Below are positions 1 through 9,313 of a stretch of 59,114 nucleotides of DNA, in pieces. Origin of the DNA: a virus (taxonomy: Duplodnaviria; Caudoviricetes); IMG/VR virus record IMGVR_UViG_3300042863_001365, positions 1 through 59,114 of that record, one strand, 5' to 3'. The number at the start of each line of letters is the position of its first letter. Positions within the stretch are counted from its first letter, which is position 1. Position numbers and translations under genes: made by a program. A model generated the notes under the pieces. That model made no database searches. It saw only the letters and a list, made by a program, of their open reading frames with translations, and was not told where the DNA came from.

Positions 1-397
1 TTATGTTCTTGAAGATTTAACATGGTATACAAATAATTCAACAGGTATTATTCCACCAGCAGTAAAACAATACTTCAAAATGAAAACAATAAAGTATTAT
101 GAAGAAAAAACAAAACCACTTAAAACAAAAAATAAATTAAATCAATACATAGAAAAATACAAACAAGAATATAGTGAAATCTTACAAAACTTTTTAGATG
201 CAAATCAACGTCGCATTGCAGATATTAATACATACGGTGCAGCAAGTGGCATAGTCAATAAGTTAATGGATAATAATCCAGACTTCTTTTATACTAAAAA
301 TAAAGCAATGTATGAAATCTCTCATGAAATTAACAAACATTATTACAAACAAACCGTAGACTATATCAAGTGGTTAAAGGAAATACAAACAAAATGA
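1..397 (+). CDS. Hypothetical protein, 5'-truncated by window edge
   Basis: Frame is open from position 2 (YVLEDLTWY...) through the 80..397 ORF; its stop overlaps the next ATG (ATGA). Confidence 0.7.
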   Translation, partial: YVLEDLTWYTNNSTGIIPPAVKQYFKMKTIKYYEEKTKPLKTKNKLNQYIEKYKQEYSEILQNFLDANQRRIADINTYGAASGIVNKLMDNNPDFFYTKNKAMYEISHEINKHYYKQTVDYIKWLKEIQTK

Positions 398-894
398 GAT
401 ACTATGAAATTATAAAAGAAAACGATAGCGAACATGGCGAAGCACTACGCGACACTGGATTTTGGGGTCGGGCTGGTGCAGGATGTATTTTTATCTCACG
501 TGATACCGGAAAAATATTACTTAATCATAGATCAAACTATGTAGAACAACCAAATACTTGGGGAGTATGGGGTGGTGCTATTGATGGCAGAGAAAGTCCA
601 CTACAAGCAGTTAAACGAGAAGCATATGAAGAAAGTGGACAACGTATCAGTGATAATCAAATCATTCCGATATATGTATTCCATGATGCTAGAAGTGGTT
701 TCAAATATTATAATTTTATCGTAGTGGTTGAAAGTGAATTTAATCCTAAAATACCAGCCGAATCACAATGGGAAACACGTGGATGGCGTTGGGTAGAGTT
801 TGGTGATTGGCCTACACCACTACATTTTGGCGTCACTGCAATACTAAATGATGCAAATAGTGTTAAAATAATAAAAAATTTAATAGAAAATTAA
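394..894 (+). CDS. Nudix hydrolase with N-terminal MRYYEIIKE tag
   Basis: Nudix box GGAIDGRESPLQAVKREAYEESG; start moved to ATG 394, coupled to the upstream stop. Confidence 0.9.
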   Translation: MRYYEIIKENDSEHGEALRDTGFWGRAGAGCIFISRDTGKILLNHRSNYVEQPNTWGVWGGAIDGRESPLQAVKREAYEESGQRISDNQIIPIYVFHDARSGFKYYNFIVVVESEFNPKIPAESQWETRGWRWVEFGDWPTPLHFGVTAILNDANSVKIIKNLIEN

Positions 895-2435
895 ATTTTT
901 CCTATATCGTCAACTGAAATATTAAATTCATTTGCATAACTGTCTAATATCCAACTACCACGTTGTGGATCAATCTTAGCTAATACACGCTCACCTTCAG
1001 GCCAACGATTGCGTAATACCTTTTCACTATAATAAGGAATACTACTTGGTTGCTTTAATATAATAAATTCAGCTTCGGGCCAAGGCTTTTTACGAACACG
1101 ATAACAATATTCTATTATCAATATTGCATTATTATCGTTATAAGATTTGTTCAATATAGCACGTTCACCAGCAGGCCAATTTGCACCAGCATGAAATCTA
1201 TTAAAATAATTTAATATTAATATAAAATTTCTATTTTCCATTTCGCTAGTGGGAATATTATGAATCTTTTTAATCATATAATTATCCATGATCGGAATAG
1301 TATCACGATTTATAGTCTTAAAATAATCTTCAAAGTTTGCATCATTTAATAATAATTGTGCTTGCAACTTACTACTGTTAACAACAACATGTCCCATAAA
1401 CTTAATAGGAATTTGACTAGAAATATTATATACTTTGTTCTTTAATAGTTTCCTAAACATAGTTTCAATTACACTTGGTTCAATACGCTCAACTTCCTCT
1501 GGTGTTTTACTATGAGAAAATATATTACTAATATTTACATCAGTATCGCTATTTGGATTGTCAATCTTTGAAACTACGTTAATAACACTACTGTTAAAAA
1601 ATACTGCTTGTGCAGGCTCATTCGCATGTATTAATCCAGTTCCGCTACTATCGTCAACATAATCATAACCCAATACACTATACAACAAATATGTCCAAAA
1701 AACCGCATCACGATAAGCACGTTTGCTACCACTTTGATATTCTAATACAACACTTTCATTATTAACTGGTTCAACTTCATCAAACTTAACAATAAAGGTG
1801 TCGCCATCAGGATACTCAATTTCATATTCTTTACTATCAGAAAATACATCAATAATCTTTACAACCGTAGTTTTATTAAGTTCAGTAACATTATCACCAA
1901 TATTCAATACTGTACCAACATAACTAGAAAGACTTTCACTACCAGTTAATAAATTAGCCAATACTCGCGTAAAGTTCCATATATTTCCAGCAGGAGATTG
2001 TTTTCTAGATTCGTTTTCAGCCCTATTTTGAACCTCGTCAAACGCACTAGCTATACGCACATTCTTTGTTCTAATATACTTGAATAACTTCGATACATCA
2101 TCGCTATAATCGCTATCGGTATACTCACTAATTATCAATCCACGATCACGATTCTTTGGTTCAAATATCCAAACATACGGAGTTTCACCCATATAAGGAA
2201 CACGACTCATATCTTTACTAGTAATAATTCCACTAATAATACGGTCAATAATAGGATAAGAATAAATTCCAATAGGAGTATGGTAGCCACTACGAGGATT
2301 AATACCTAACTTGTCAATAGCAGTGTAACTCATATAATAACCACTGTTGTTATATTTCTCTACTGCAGCAACAGGATCAAGCTTTGGATTTTGATCTGGA
2401 TTTTTTCTGGCTTCATTGATTTCATGATAACGCAT
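891..2435 (-). CDS. Putative virion-internal protein (ART-like N-terminal domain, C-terminal WPEAE-type repeats); paralog of 3239..4648
   Basis: Starts MRYHEINE; ATAAATA and AAGGA upstream; shares K-GINP-S-Y-TP-GIY-YP and IH-NEP-QAVF with 3239..4648. Confidence 0.6.
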   Translation of the reverse strand: MRYHEINEARKNPDQNPKLDPVAAVEKYNNSGYYMSYTAIDKLGINPRSGYHTPIGIYSYPIIDRIISGIITSKDMSRVPYMGETPYVWIFEPKNRDRGLIISEYTDSDYSDDVSKLFKYIRTKNVRIASAFDEVQNRAENESRKQSPAGNIWNFTRVLANLLTGSESLSSYVGTVLNIGDNVTELNKTTVVKIIDVFSDSKEYEIEYPDGDTFIVKFDEVEPVNNESVVLEYQSGSKRAYRDAVFWTYLLYSVLGYDYVDDSSGTGLIHANEPAQAVFFNSSVINVVSKIDNPNSDTDVNISNIFSHSKTPEEVERIEPSVIETMFRKLLKNKVYNISSQIPIKFMGHVVVNSSKLQAQLLLNDANFEDYFKTINRDTIPIMDNYMIKKIHNIPTSEMENRNFILILNYFNRFHAGANWPAGERAILNKSYNDNNAILIIEYCYRVRKKPWPEAEFIILKQPSSIPYYSEKVLRNRWPEGERVLAKIDPQRGSWILDSYANEFNISVDDIGKI

Positions 2436-2462
2436 TATAACAATTCCTTAGTAATATAAAGC

Positions 2463-2645
2463 TTATTTATCGCCATAAATCAAAGATAACCTATCCCGCT
2501 CACTATCCGAAATATTAGCTGCACGACACCAACCTTCAAATGAATAAAGTTTTCCACAATACCACCACTCATTCGTAGTAGCATAAACTATAGCAGGACC
2601 ATTACTACAATGATAGCCAATAACCCCAACATCACGATTGTTCAT
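2463..2645 (-). CDS. Small hypothetical protein with H-x-x-x-GPA...WW-x-x-G phage repeat motif
   Basis: HCSNGPAIVYATTNEWWYCGK; overlaps the end of the upstream ORF. Confidence 0.55.
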   Translation of the reverse strand: MNNRDVGVIGYHCSNGPAIVYATTNEWWYCGKLYSFEGWCRAANISDSERDRLSLIYGDK

Positions 2646-3099
2646 TATCTTTATCTTTCTTTATTAACACAAATCTATCAAAGTGACCCTGATCTTGAAA
2701 ATCATATGAATATCCTGAATTATCAGCAAATCTAATAATCATACGCTTATATAAGTTTGAACGAGTAGTATATTCATCATCATTAGCAGCAGTATTACCA
2801 ACCTTAATAGCAGTAAACGCAACAAAATTAGGATTTACTTTACTAATAAATTGTTTCATATTATTAATAACTGCACCAAATATTCGCATAGCACTGCCAG
2901 TACCAGTTACGTCCCATTCGCCATCTACCGTAAATGAAACAGATACCTTGCTAAAATTATCGTCGATAGAATGATATTCTATCTCTACATCTTTGCCATC
3001 AATGGTGCTAACAAATATCATGTTGCGTTTGTCTTGTTTCGATATATTCCATTTAACATTAGTGTCAAATAACTCAGTAATAATTTCACGATATCTCAT
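2632..3099 (-). CDS. Hypothetical protein with MRYREIITE tag (possibly GNAT-like fold)
   Basis: ATAAATA upstream; TGTGSAMRIF...F-A-K...R-NLY-R pattern; fold is a guess. Confidence 0.6.
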   Translation of the reverse strand: MRYREIITELFDTNVKWNISKQDKRNMIFVSTIDGKDVEIEYHSIDDNFSKVSVSFTVDGEWDVTGTGSAMRIFGAVINNMKQFISKVNPNFVAFTAIKVGNTAANDDEYTTRSNLYKRMIIRFADNSGYSYDFQDQGHFDRFVLIKKDKDNEQS

Positions 3100-3238
3100 A
3101 GTAAACCCCTATTATAAATATTTATCACAGTGTAAAGAAAATTTTTCTATAGGTAATTCCCAGAGAAAAAAAATTCCCCAAAAATTTTTTGACATACCGT
3201 TTGCTTATGTGTTTAAGATTTCATTATCCGTAAAAAAA

Positions 3239-4648
3239 CTAACCAACTAACTTATCATAAGATATTGTTCCACGACGACCATCATCTGTCCTAATTACAA
3301 TTCTATCTAAATTAGTGTTTTTAACAACAGTTACTACTATACCGTTCTGCAATGTAAACACAGAACCAACTGACACTTTTCTTTGCTTTGCAGCTATATT
3401 ATTAAGTTCATCAGGACGATAAGTAGATAAGTATCTATTATAAATGTCTCTGTCACTCTTTAATTTATTTTCCGCTTCGGGCCAAGCATTTTTCAGAATC
3501 CTATTGATATACTGATATATCAAATTAGGTTTTCCATCTGATAGTAACATATCTTCATAATGTTTAATTCTTTTATTTTTTAGTTTTTCAATAAAATAAA
3601 ACATTGAAATATACTTTATATTCGCGTTGTGATCATCACCCCAATCATAAGTTTTAATATCTGTACCTATATCAGATAACAAATAATTTTCTATTTCATC
3701 TAACTTTCCATCCGTTACAGATTTTATATTAGTAAGCCAAAATGGATCAGATTTAATAAGATTTAAAATTATGTCAGATGGAAATTCAAAATAACCAGTA
3801 GGGAAATACAAACTAGTAGTATTTTTATAATTATCTAATACATATTGATGAACTGCCTTTTTATCAAGTTTAGAAACTTCATATTTATCTTTCTTTATTC
3901 TGGCAAGTAATCCAGCATTAGATTCCTTATTATCTATAACCTCAACAAGATTAAATGAATCTTTTTTCAAAAATACCGCCTGATTAGGCTCATTCTCATG
4001 AATAATACTTTTACCACTATCATATACTAAATCGTATCGTAATACCACTCGTAAAAGATAATTCCATAATACACTTGATGGGTGTGCTTTATTATTTGTA
4101 GACGTTCTATTTCGTCTTTTTGTATTAGCAGCAATATCTTTACTTAATTTTCTGGTTACATTCCATATGTTCTTACCCCAATCAGTTCCATGTTCAGCAG
4201 CATCCGCAACAATAAGTTCAAACATTCGCTCATCATTATATACTTTAATATAATAATCTCGTAATGCAGCAATGTCGTCACTATAATCCGTTTCATCATA
4301 AGAATCAAAGTTTAATACTCGCTGGCCTTTTTTCATTATTAAAACATTTATATAAGGGGCATCCCCAACAAACGGAACAAGAATTTTATTAAGTTTTTCA
4401 AAACTAGCAGAATAATCACTAAGAGGATAACAATAAATTCCTACAGGAGTATAGTAAATACTACTAGGATTAATTCCTATTTTAGATATACTTGTAAAAC
4501 TAATATAAACATTTTCTGGATAAGAACCATACTTAGATTTTAACCAAGACGCATCCCAATACTTTTTTAACTTATCTATATTACTAGAACGTTGTTGTGA
4601 CGGATGCTCGCTATTTCTACGTGCCTCATGTAATTCATAATATCTCAT
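3239..4648 (-). CDS. Putative virion-internal protein, paralog of 891..2435
   Basis: Starts MRYYELHE; ATAAATA and AGGA upstream; same conserved blocks and WPEAE motif. Confidence 0.6.
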   Translation of the reverse strand: MRYYELHEARRNSEHPSQQRSSNIDKLKKYWDASWLKSKYGSYPENVYISFTSISKIGINPSSIYYTPVGIYCYPLSDYSASFEKLNKILVPFVGDAPYINVLIMKKGQRVLNFDSYDETDYSDDIAALRDYYIKVYNDERMFELIVADAAEHGTDWGKNIWNVTRKLSKDIAANTKRRNRTSTNNKAHPSSVLWNYLLRVVLRYDLVYDSGKSIIHENEPNQAVFLKKDSFNLVEVIDNKESNAGLLARIKKDKYEVSKLDKKAVHQYVLDNYKNTTSLYFPTGYFEFPSDIILNLIKSDPFWLTNIKSVTDGKLDEIENYLLSDIGTDIKTYDWGDDHNANIKYISMFYFIEKLKNKRIKHYEDMLLSDGKPNLIYQYINRILKNAWPEAENKLKSDRDIYNRYLSTYRPDELNNIAAKQRKVSVGSVFTLQNGIVVTVVKNTNLDRIVIRTDDGRRGTISYDKLVG

Positions 4649-4680
4649 AGTTAATCCTACTGTAATTTTAATTATTTATT

Positions 4681-4802
4681 CTATCGTGGAAACTATCGTA
4701 GAAACTATCGTGGAAACTATCGTGGAAACTATCGTAGAAACTATCGTAGAAACTATCGTAGAATAATATAATGTAAACTATCGTAGAATAATATAATGTA
4801 AA
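4681..4802. repeat. Tandem 12-bp repeat CTATCGTRGAAW (7 copies) ending in a duplicated 25-bp unit
   Basis: Units start at 4681, 4693, 4705, 4717, 4729, 4741, 4753 and 4778; CTATCGTAGAATAATATAATGTAAA occurs twice. Confidence 0.95.
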
Positions 4803-5194
4803 ATATTTTAAGAAAAAATCCAGGAGGGTTTTGGGGCGAAAAATTTGGGAAAATTTGTTACCCCGGAATCAAAAAATAAAAAATTTTTTTGTGTGCCTAC
4901 GGACCCTGGACAACATTTGGAGTCAATGATTCTTTTTAATTATTTTTTAATTATTTTTTTATTTTTTTTTATTTTATTTTTTATCTTGACAAACATTTTT
5001 ACCACACATCGTAACTACCATCGGTGATTCGCTATCATGTGACATATACACCACACCATCATAGACCTCATAGGCGGGGCGTGGCATGGGGTCCACGGTG
5101 TTTAGCTACCCTACCCTACCTTAGCATCACAATGCCCTTCTACGGTCAGCCTATGGCTTGCCAGCATCATGTTACTATCGTATGGTATACAGTC

Positions 5195-5224
5195 AAAATA
5201 AAAGGCAGGGTATTATCCCTGCCT
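5195..5224 (-). terminator. Intrinsic terminator
   Basis: AGGCAGGG/CCCTGCCT stem followed by a U-rich run on the minus strand, downstream of 5249..6403. Confidence 0.7.
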
Positions 5225-5248
5225 CAATTCAATTCATATTATTGGGGC

Positions 5249-6403
5249 TTATTTGATCTTAGCCCGCGTCACGATTGTTTGCTTAATACCATTATACTCT
5301 TTCAATTCTTTGATAGTGGCCGACATGGTATAAGCATTGCCGATCACATAATCACGCTTATCAGTGAACCAATTCACCGAATTGCCATTGTGCTGGAAGC
5401 AATACAGATACTTGTCACCGAATTGAGTGGTGCCGATAAAGATTTCTTTTTCAAAGATAACGGCAATATCTTTCAGCTTATCGCCTTCATTGCCGATATA
5501 ATCCGACACGATTGCTTTAGCTTTATTGGCAACAATCTGCCCCATTTCGCGGATAATATGCTGGACACCGCTTGCCACCAATGCGAGGTGACGATAAGCA
5601 ACAATATCGCTTTTCAGAATGACGCGGATATTGTCGAGATAATTGTTGTCGAATTGATTGCCAGCACGGAAATAATCCATTGTGGATTGAGCCAATGCTT
5701 TATCAGCATCACAAATTTCAACAGCAACCCACTGCCCTTTAATCTTGATCAAATCATTGATAACATATTGAGCCGTTGGCATGGTTTCCAATTCCATCGC
5801 TTTAGCTTTGCTGATCCAGCCATATTGACGGATATTTGCAGCAGCAGATTCCAGAATTGCCATTGCCGAAAAAATATATTCGCCAGCACCGCCCCAATAT
5901 TCTTTTTCTTCTTCTTCACAAATTGCAGCCAAATCGCCAATGATCGTTGCACGATTAACGATTTCTTCAGGATTATCGCACCCGGTAAAATCACGCAGGC
6001 AGGTTTGACCGACAGCCATTTGTTTGCCATTGGCATCGACAAAAACATAAACATTATTGCGATTACGGTGATGGCCGCAATGATCACATTCATTTTTCAT
6101 GGTGCGGAAACGTGCATCCAATTCGATATTGGCGACATTGTGAACAATGTTTTCTTCACCAATCAATTCCACCTTGGCGGCAAACGTATAGTCGCCAAAC
6201 TTGGGTGCATCGCCAGCGACAGTGACAGTCACCAATTCAATCGCAAAAGTTTTGCCACCTTGCACAATATCTTGCATGAACGGTTTGGTGATCGTGAATT
6301 GAATATCGGCATTGCCATAACGCTTGGCTTTTTTTGCAAGTTTGGCGATACGAGCGGTCAGAGTTTCAGCACGGTGAGCGGGAACGTTGAAGGTGGCGAA
6401 CAT
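5249..6403 (-). CDS. Early protein with Zn-ribbon (CDHC...C) and C-terminal OB-fold-like domain
   Basis: CDHCGHHRNR...VGQTCL; C-terminal YIG..GD....KQTIVTR; GGAGA RBS before ATG 6403; GC-richer than flanks. Confidence 0.7.
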   Translation of the reverse strand: MFATFNVPAHRAETLTARIAKLAKKAKRYGNADIQFTITKPFMQDIVQGGKTFAIELVTVTVAGDAPKFGDYTFAAKVELIGEENIVHNVANIELDARFRTMKNECDHCGHHRNRNNVYVFVDANGKQMAVGQTCLRDFTGCDNPEEIVNRATIIGDLAAICEEEEKEYWGGAGEYIFSAMAILESAAANIRQYGWISKAKAMELETMPTAQYVINDLIKIKGQWVAVEICDADKALAQSTMDYFRAGNQFDNNYLDNIRVILKSDIVAYRHLALVASGVQHIIREMGQIVANKAKAIVSDYIGNEGDKLKDIAVIFEKEIFIGTTQFGDKYLYCFQHNGNSVNWFTDKRDYVIGNAYTMSATIKELKEYNGIKQTIVTRAKIK

Positions 6404-6580
6404 GATGGTCTCCGAATCGGTTAAGGGCCAATGCCCGTTGGACATGACCCTATGTAGTGTTATTTTGTAAGTATCGCAACACCTATTTTTTGCCCGCTAA
6501 CGTGGGTCTAAGGTGGTTAGCTACCCTGCCCCACAATATGCGGGGAAGGGCATTCTATGGCGTTTTTACGAGGTGTCAGG

Positions 6581-6745
6581 CTATGCCAGCACTTTGTCCA
6601 GCATTGTGAAAGCATCGCAATATGCTTTCAACCGTGTTTCATAGAATGACCGTGACCGTTTGCCGATCAGCGTATCATATTTTTCCATTGTATCGCGTTT
6701 GGCTTTTTCTTTTGCCAATTTGATTTGATCATCAGACAGTTTCAT
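6581..6745 (-). CDS. Small hypothetical protein (54 aa, MKLSDDQIKL...)
   Basis: Translated by hand; GGAGA RBS; not in the ORF track. Confidence 0.55.
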   Translation of the reverse strand: MKLSDDQIKLAKEKAKRDTMEKYDTLIGKRSRSFYETRLKAYCDAFTMLDKVLA

Positions 6746-6756
6746 TGCAGATTCTC

Positions 6757-6939
6757 CTAGTTTGCAATTTTGACATCGCCAATGGCGATAACGCAGAAAC
6801 CATATTTGTCACTCAAATAGTCGGCGGTTTCCATAAACACATCGCTTTCAAGATCAATATCAATCGTGGTTTCATGTGGAAGTTTAACCGATTCATCACC
6901 ATCGGTATCCCACAAGATATTAGAAACATGGACTTTCAT
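6757..6939 (-). CDS. Small acidic hypothetical protein
   Basis: AGGGA RBS; co-oriented with neighbours. Confidence 0.65.
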   Translation of the reverse strand: MKVHVSNILWDTDGDESVKLPHETTIDIDLESDVFMETADYLSDKYGFCVIAIGDVKIAN

Positions 6940-6950
6940 TTTATTTCCCT

Positions 6951-7454
6951 TTACAGAGTGCTACGATATTTGCGAAGAGTTTTGTTCATTTCGGCAATGC
7001 AGAAATATTTCATCTGCAAATATGCCAGCAGGTTTTTGCGTTCTTTTTTCATAGTGCGACCAGTGATATTGAAAAGAATTTCATCAATAATCGGATCAAG
7101 TTCAAATTCAATATAAGCATTCAGTTTGGCCCGAGCATGATAAGACATTTTAATTTCTTTGCTCAGACCACGGGTATTTCCAGTATATTTTTCAGTACGA
7201 TGCTTATACGCATCATGCGGAATATAATATTCTGCCGAGATAGGATTACCATGATATTTTTTATTGTTGCCAGACACCATGATAACCATACGCCAGATAT
7301 ATGCGGCAATACCGTTTTCAGGTTTGACCGTGCGGATATACGTTCCGCTTTTATTCTTTGAAACAATTTGCGAAACGATTTCGCTTTGTTTGGTAGTCAA
7401 TGCCATTGCGTCGATATTGACAGTTGGCATTTTATTGAAGATATTCGGATTCAT
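6951..7454 (-). CDS. Hypothetical protein, paralog of 20784..21242
   Basis: Shared KP-x-G-AAY-WRMV, Y-HRT-K and ELDPI-D-I motifs. Confidence 0.7.
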   Translation of the reverse strand: MNPNIFNKMPTVNIDAMALTTKQSEIVSQIVSKNKSGTYIRTVKPENGIAAYIWRMVIMVSGNNKKYHGNPISAEYYIPHDAYKHRTEKYTGNTRGLSKEIKMSYHARAKLNAYIEFELDPIIDEILFNITGRTMKKERKNLLAYLQMKYFCIAEMNKTLRKYRSTL

Positions 7455-7495
7455 TCTTGTTTTCCTGTTTTGCGGATTGCTGCACGACAAAGTAA

Positions 7496-7547
7496 CAAAC
7501 AAATAAATTTTATAGTATTATGGGGGGATTTAATTATTCCCCCCATA
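7496..7547. repeat. 52-bp direct repeat, copy 1 (hairpin-containing cassette boundary)
   Basis: CAAACAAATAAATTTTATAGTATTATGGGGGGATTTAATTATTCCCCCCATA, identical to 7903..7954. Confidence 0.95.
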
Positions 7548-7551
7548 ATTA

Positions 7552-7863
7552 TTACATATCTTCGTCTTCGTCTTCGTCGTCCCAATCAATACATTCTTCG
7601 GCAATATCAGCAAGACGCCGAAGCATTTCGGGATTCATGATCAGATATTGATAATCATCTTCATCTGGCATGGTAATATTTCCATCAAGGTCAATTTTGA
7701 CAGCAATAGGATCATATTCCACATCCATAAAGAAAACAACGTAGCTTTCCACTTCGTTTTCATCATCATATTGCGGATGGGCTACCCATTGTTCTTTTCC
7801 ATCGAAAAGAAAATTTTCGAAACCAGCCAGTGTTTTTTCATCGGTGTCATCGGTCGCGTTCAT
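7552..7863 (-). CDS. Very acidic hypothetical protein
   Basis: Start moved to MNATDD; D/E-rich; lies between the two 52-bp repeats. Confidence 0.7.
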   Translation of the reverse strand: MNATDDTDEKTLAGFENFLFDGKEQWVAHPQYDDENEVESYVVFFMDVEYDPIAVKIDLDGNITMPDEDDYQYLIMNPEMLRRLADIAEECIDWDDEDEDEDM

Positions 7864-7902
7864 CGTGTTTGTTCCACTTTGTGATAGGATAGGCAAAATT
7901 GC

Positions 7903-7954
7903 CAAACAAATAAATTTTATAGTATTATGGGGGGATTTAATTATTCCCCCCATA
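7903..7954. repeat. 52-bp direct repeat, copy 2
   Basis: Identical to 7496..7547; TATGGGGGGA/TCCCCCCATA stem. Confidence 0.95.
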
Positions 7955-7964
7955 TTGTTTTGCA

Positions 7965-8411
7965 TTATTGCGGCTGTTTTTTCCACAAGTTCGAATTACG
8001 GCGATATTCCTTGCCCTTAACAGTCAGGCGATAGAACATCTTTGCCCGCCCCGGACCTGCCGTCACCTTGGTTTTGTGCGTTTCCACCAGACCGCGTTCC
8101 ACCAGTTGCAGAGTCAGAACACGCGAAACAGCCGCCCCGACATCATCATAATGATAAAAACCATCTTTTGCAGCGATGAGTTTCAGCCCTTCCGCAATGC
8201 CCCATTTGTCATCGAAAGTGCCAGTGTTTTCGGGGCGACCCACGGCTTTCAATTCGCCACGTTCTGCCATTTCGGCACGTTCAGCAGCATGGACAGCCTT
8301 GCGTTCTGCAGCCCGCTTGAGGCCGATCATTTCGGCAATCTGTTCTTTCAGATCGACAAGAGCCGCAATCGACATCTCTTCAAAGTTCATGATCTCTGCA
8401 ACGTCCGACAT
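7965..8411 (-). CDS. Putative DNA-binding protein (coiled N-terminus, winged-helix-like C-terminus)
   Basis: GGAG RBS; C-terminal LVERGLV...GRAKMFYRLTVKG resembles a wHTH wing; similar to 28930..29343. Confidence 0.55.
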   Translation of the reverse strand: MSDVAEIMNFEEMSIAALVDLKEQIAEMIGLKRAAERKAVHAAERAEMAERGELKAVGRPENTGTFDDKWGIAEGLKLIAAKDGFYHYDDVGAAVSRVLTLQLVERGLVETHKTKVTAGPGRAKMFYRLTVKGKEYRRNSNLWKKQPQ

Positions 8412-8454
8412 TTTTTTCTCCATCCTTGGGCAACATTGCCCGTTTCCATAAACA

Positions 8455-8486
8455 AACATTTAAGGCATGATTCGCGAGTCGTCAAG
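8455..8486 (-). promoter_or_regulatory. Sigma70-type early promoter with GANTC sites in the spacer
   Basis: Minus strand TTGACGACTCGCGAATCATGCCTTA. Confidence 0.6.
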
Positions 8487-8583
8487 TAAAAAATAATGAC
8501 AAGTCGAAGATTCTTGCACATCATTAGACCCACAAAATAGCCTCGCACAGTGCATCTAGTGTGTTTGGCTAGGGTATCCAACA

Positions 8584-8612
8584 AAATGAGTGAAAGCCCC
8601 CGTAGGGGCTTC
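8584..8612 (-). repeat. Hairpin element repeated at 12057..12087
   Basis: AAAATGAGTG(A/G)AAGCCCCCGTAGGGG(G)CTT, just downstream of minus-strand genes at both sites; terminator-like. Confidence 0.75.
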
Positions 8613-8644
8613 ACATCGCTTGTGTGACGATGATCAAGTGATGA

Positions 8645-8983
8645 TCAGAGATATTCGGGGCCAGTCCAGCGAACCCATGAAAAATCTTGATCAATGATAT
8701 TGCCACGGGCTTTATTTTTCGCAGGTGCGGCGAACGATGCAGCCTTGAGGATGTCGCCACGTTTGAATTTATCATCGGTATCTTTGACGATGAATCCCCA
8801 GACAGAGTTTTCCCGAATAATTTTGATATATTTTTTGCCATCGGTGTATGACAATGAATTATTAAATTCACTGATCATCTTGCGATTAACTTCGCTCAAA
8901 TCGGATTCATTCCGACCCAGCAGAGTCATTGCATAATAATCAGCACGGATTTTGTCCAACAGTGTATTGAGTTCGGTTTCCAT
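8645..8983 (-). CDS. Conserved phage hypothetical protein; paralog of 21288..21686
   Basis: KKYIKII...WGFIV...FKRGDILKAA...ARGNI; GGAG-CGAATC-ATG leader. Confidence 0.75.
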   Translation of the reverse strand: METELNTLLDKIRADYYAMTLLGRNESDLSEVNRKMISEFNNSLSYTDGKKYIKIIRENSVWGFIVKDTDDKFKRGDILKAASFAAPAKNKARGNIIDQDFSWVRWTGPEYL

Positions 8984-9056
8984 GATTCGCTCCATTGTGT
9001 TTCAACTTGACCGACATTTATGCAGTATAATGGGGGCTGTCAACCCCCCATCTTGA

Positions 9057-9299
9057 TCAGATATGATAATCGTCAATATAAATTTTAGCATCGTCGTCGT
9101 GAAATTCATTCGACTCGTTCGAAAGTTTATCATAAAATTCTTCCACGATTTCTGACAAATATTCCGCGATTTTTGTTTCAATGTCTTCGCATTGCTTATC
9201 TTTAATTGCATCAGCAATCGTTTGTGTAAAATTAATATCCTTGATCGGGATCATCTTGCCGTCAATAATTGCGACCATTTGCAGGGAAACATTTTTCAT
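9057..9299 (-). CDS. Acidic hypothetical protein
   Basis: AGGTG RBS; co-oriented with neighbours. Confidence 0.65.
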   Translation of the reverse strand: MKNVSLQMVAIIDGKMIPIKDINFTQTIADAIKDKQCEDIETKIAEYLSEIVEEFYDKLSNESNEFHDDDAKIYIDDYHI

Positions 9300-9313
9300 T
9301 TTATTTTCACCTT

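Noticed and set aside
4681-4802. CRISPR array
   Set aside because: The units are 12 bp and directly adjacent with no unique spacers, and no cas operon is present; the Cas4-like exonuclease at 54253 is a common phage gene.
5024-6424. 466-aa plus-strand ORF
   Set aside because: Antisense shadow of 5249..6403, which has the RBS, motifs and terminator.
8387-8614. ORF sharing KPLRGL-LIL with the N-terminal extension of 11741..12196
   Set aside because: The similarity comes from translating the repeated hairpin element, not from a protein family.
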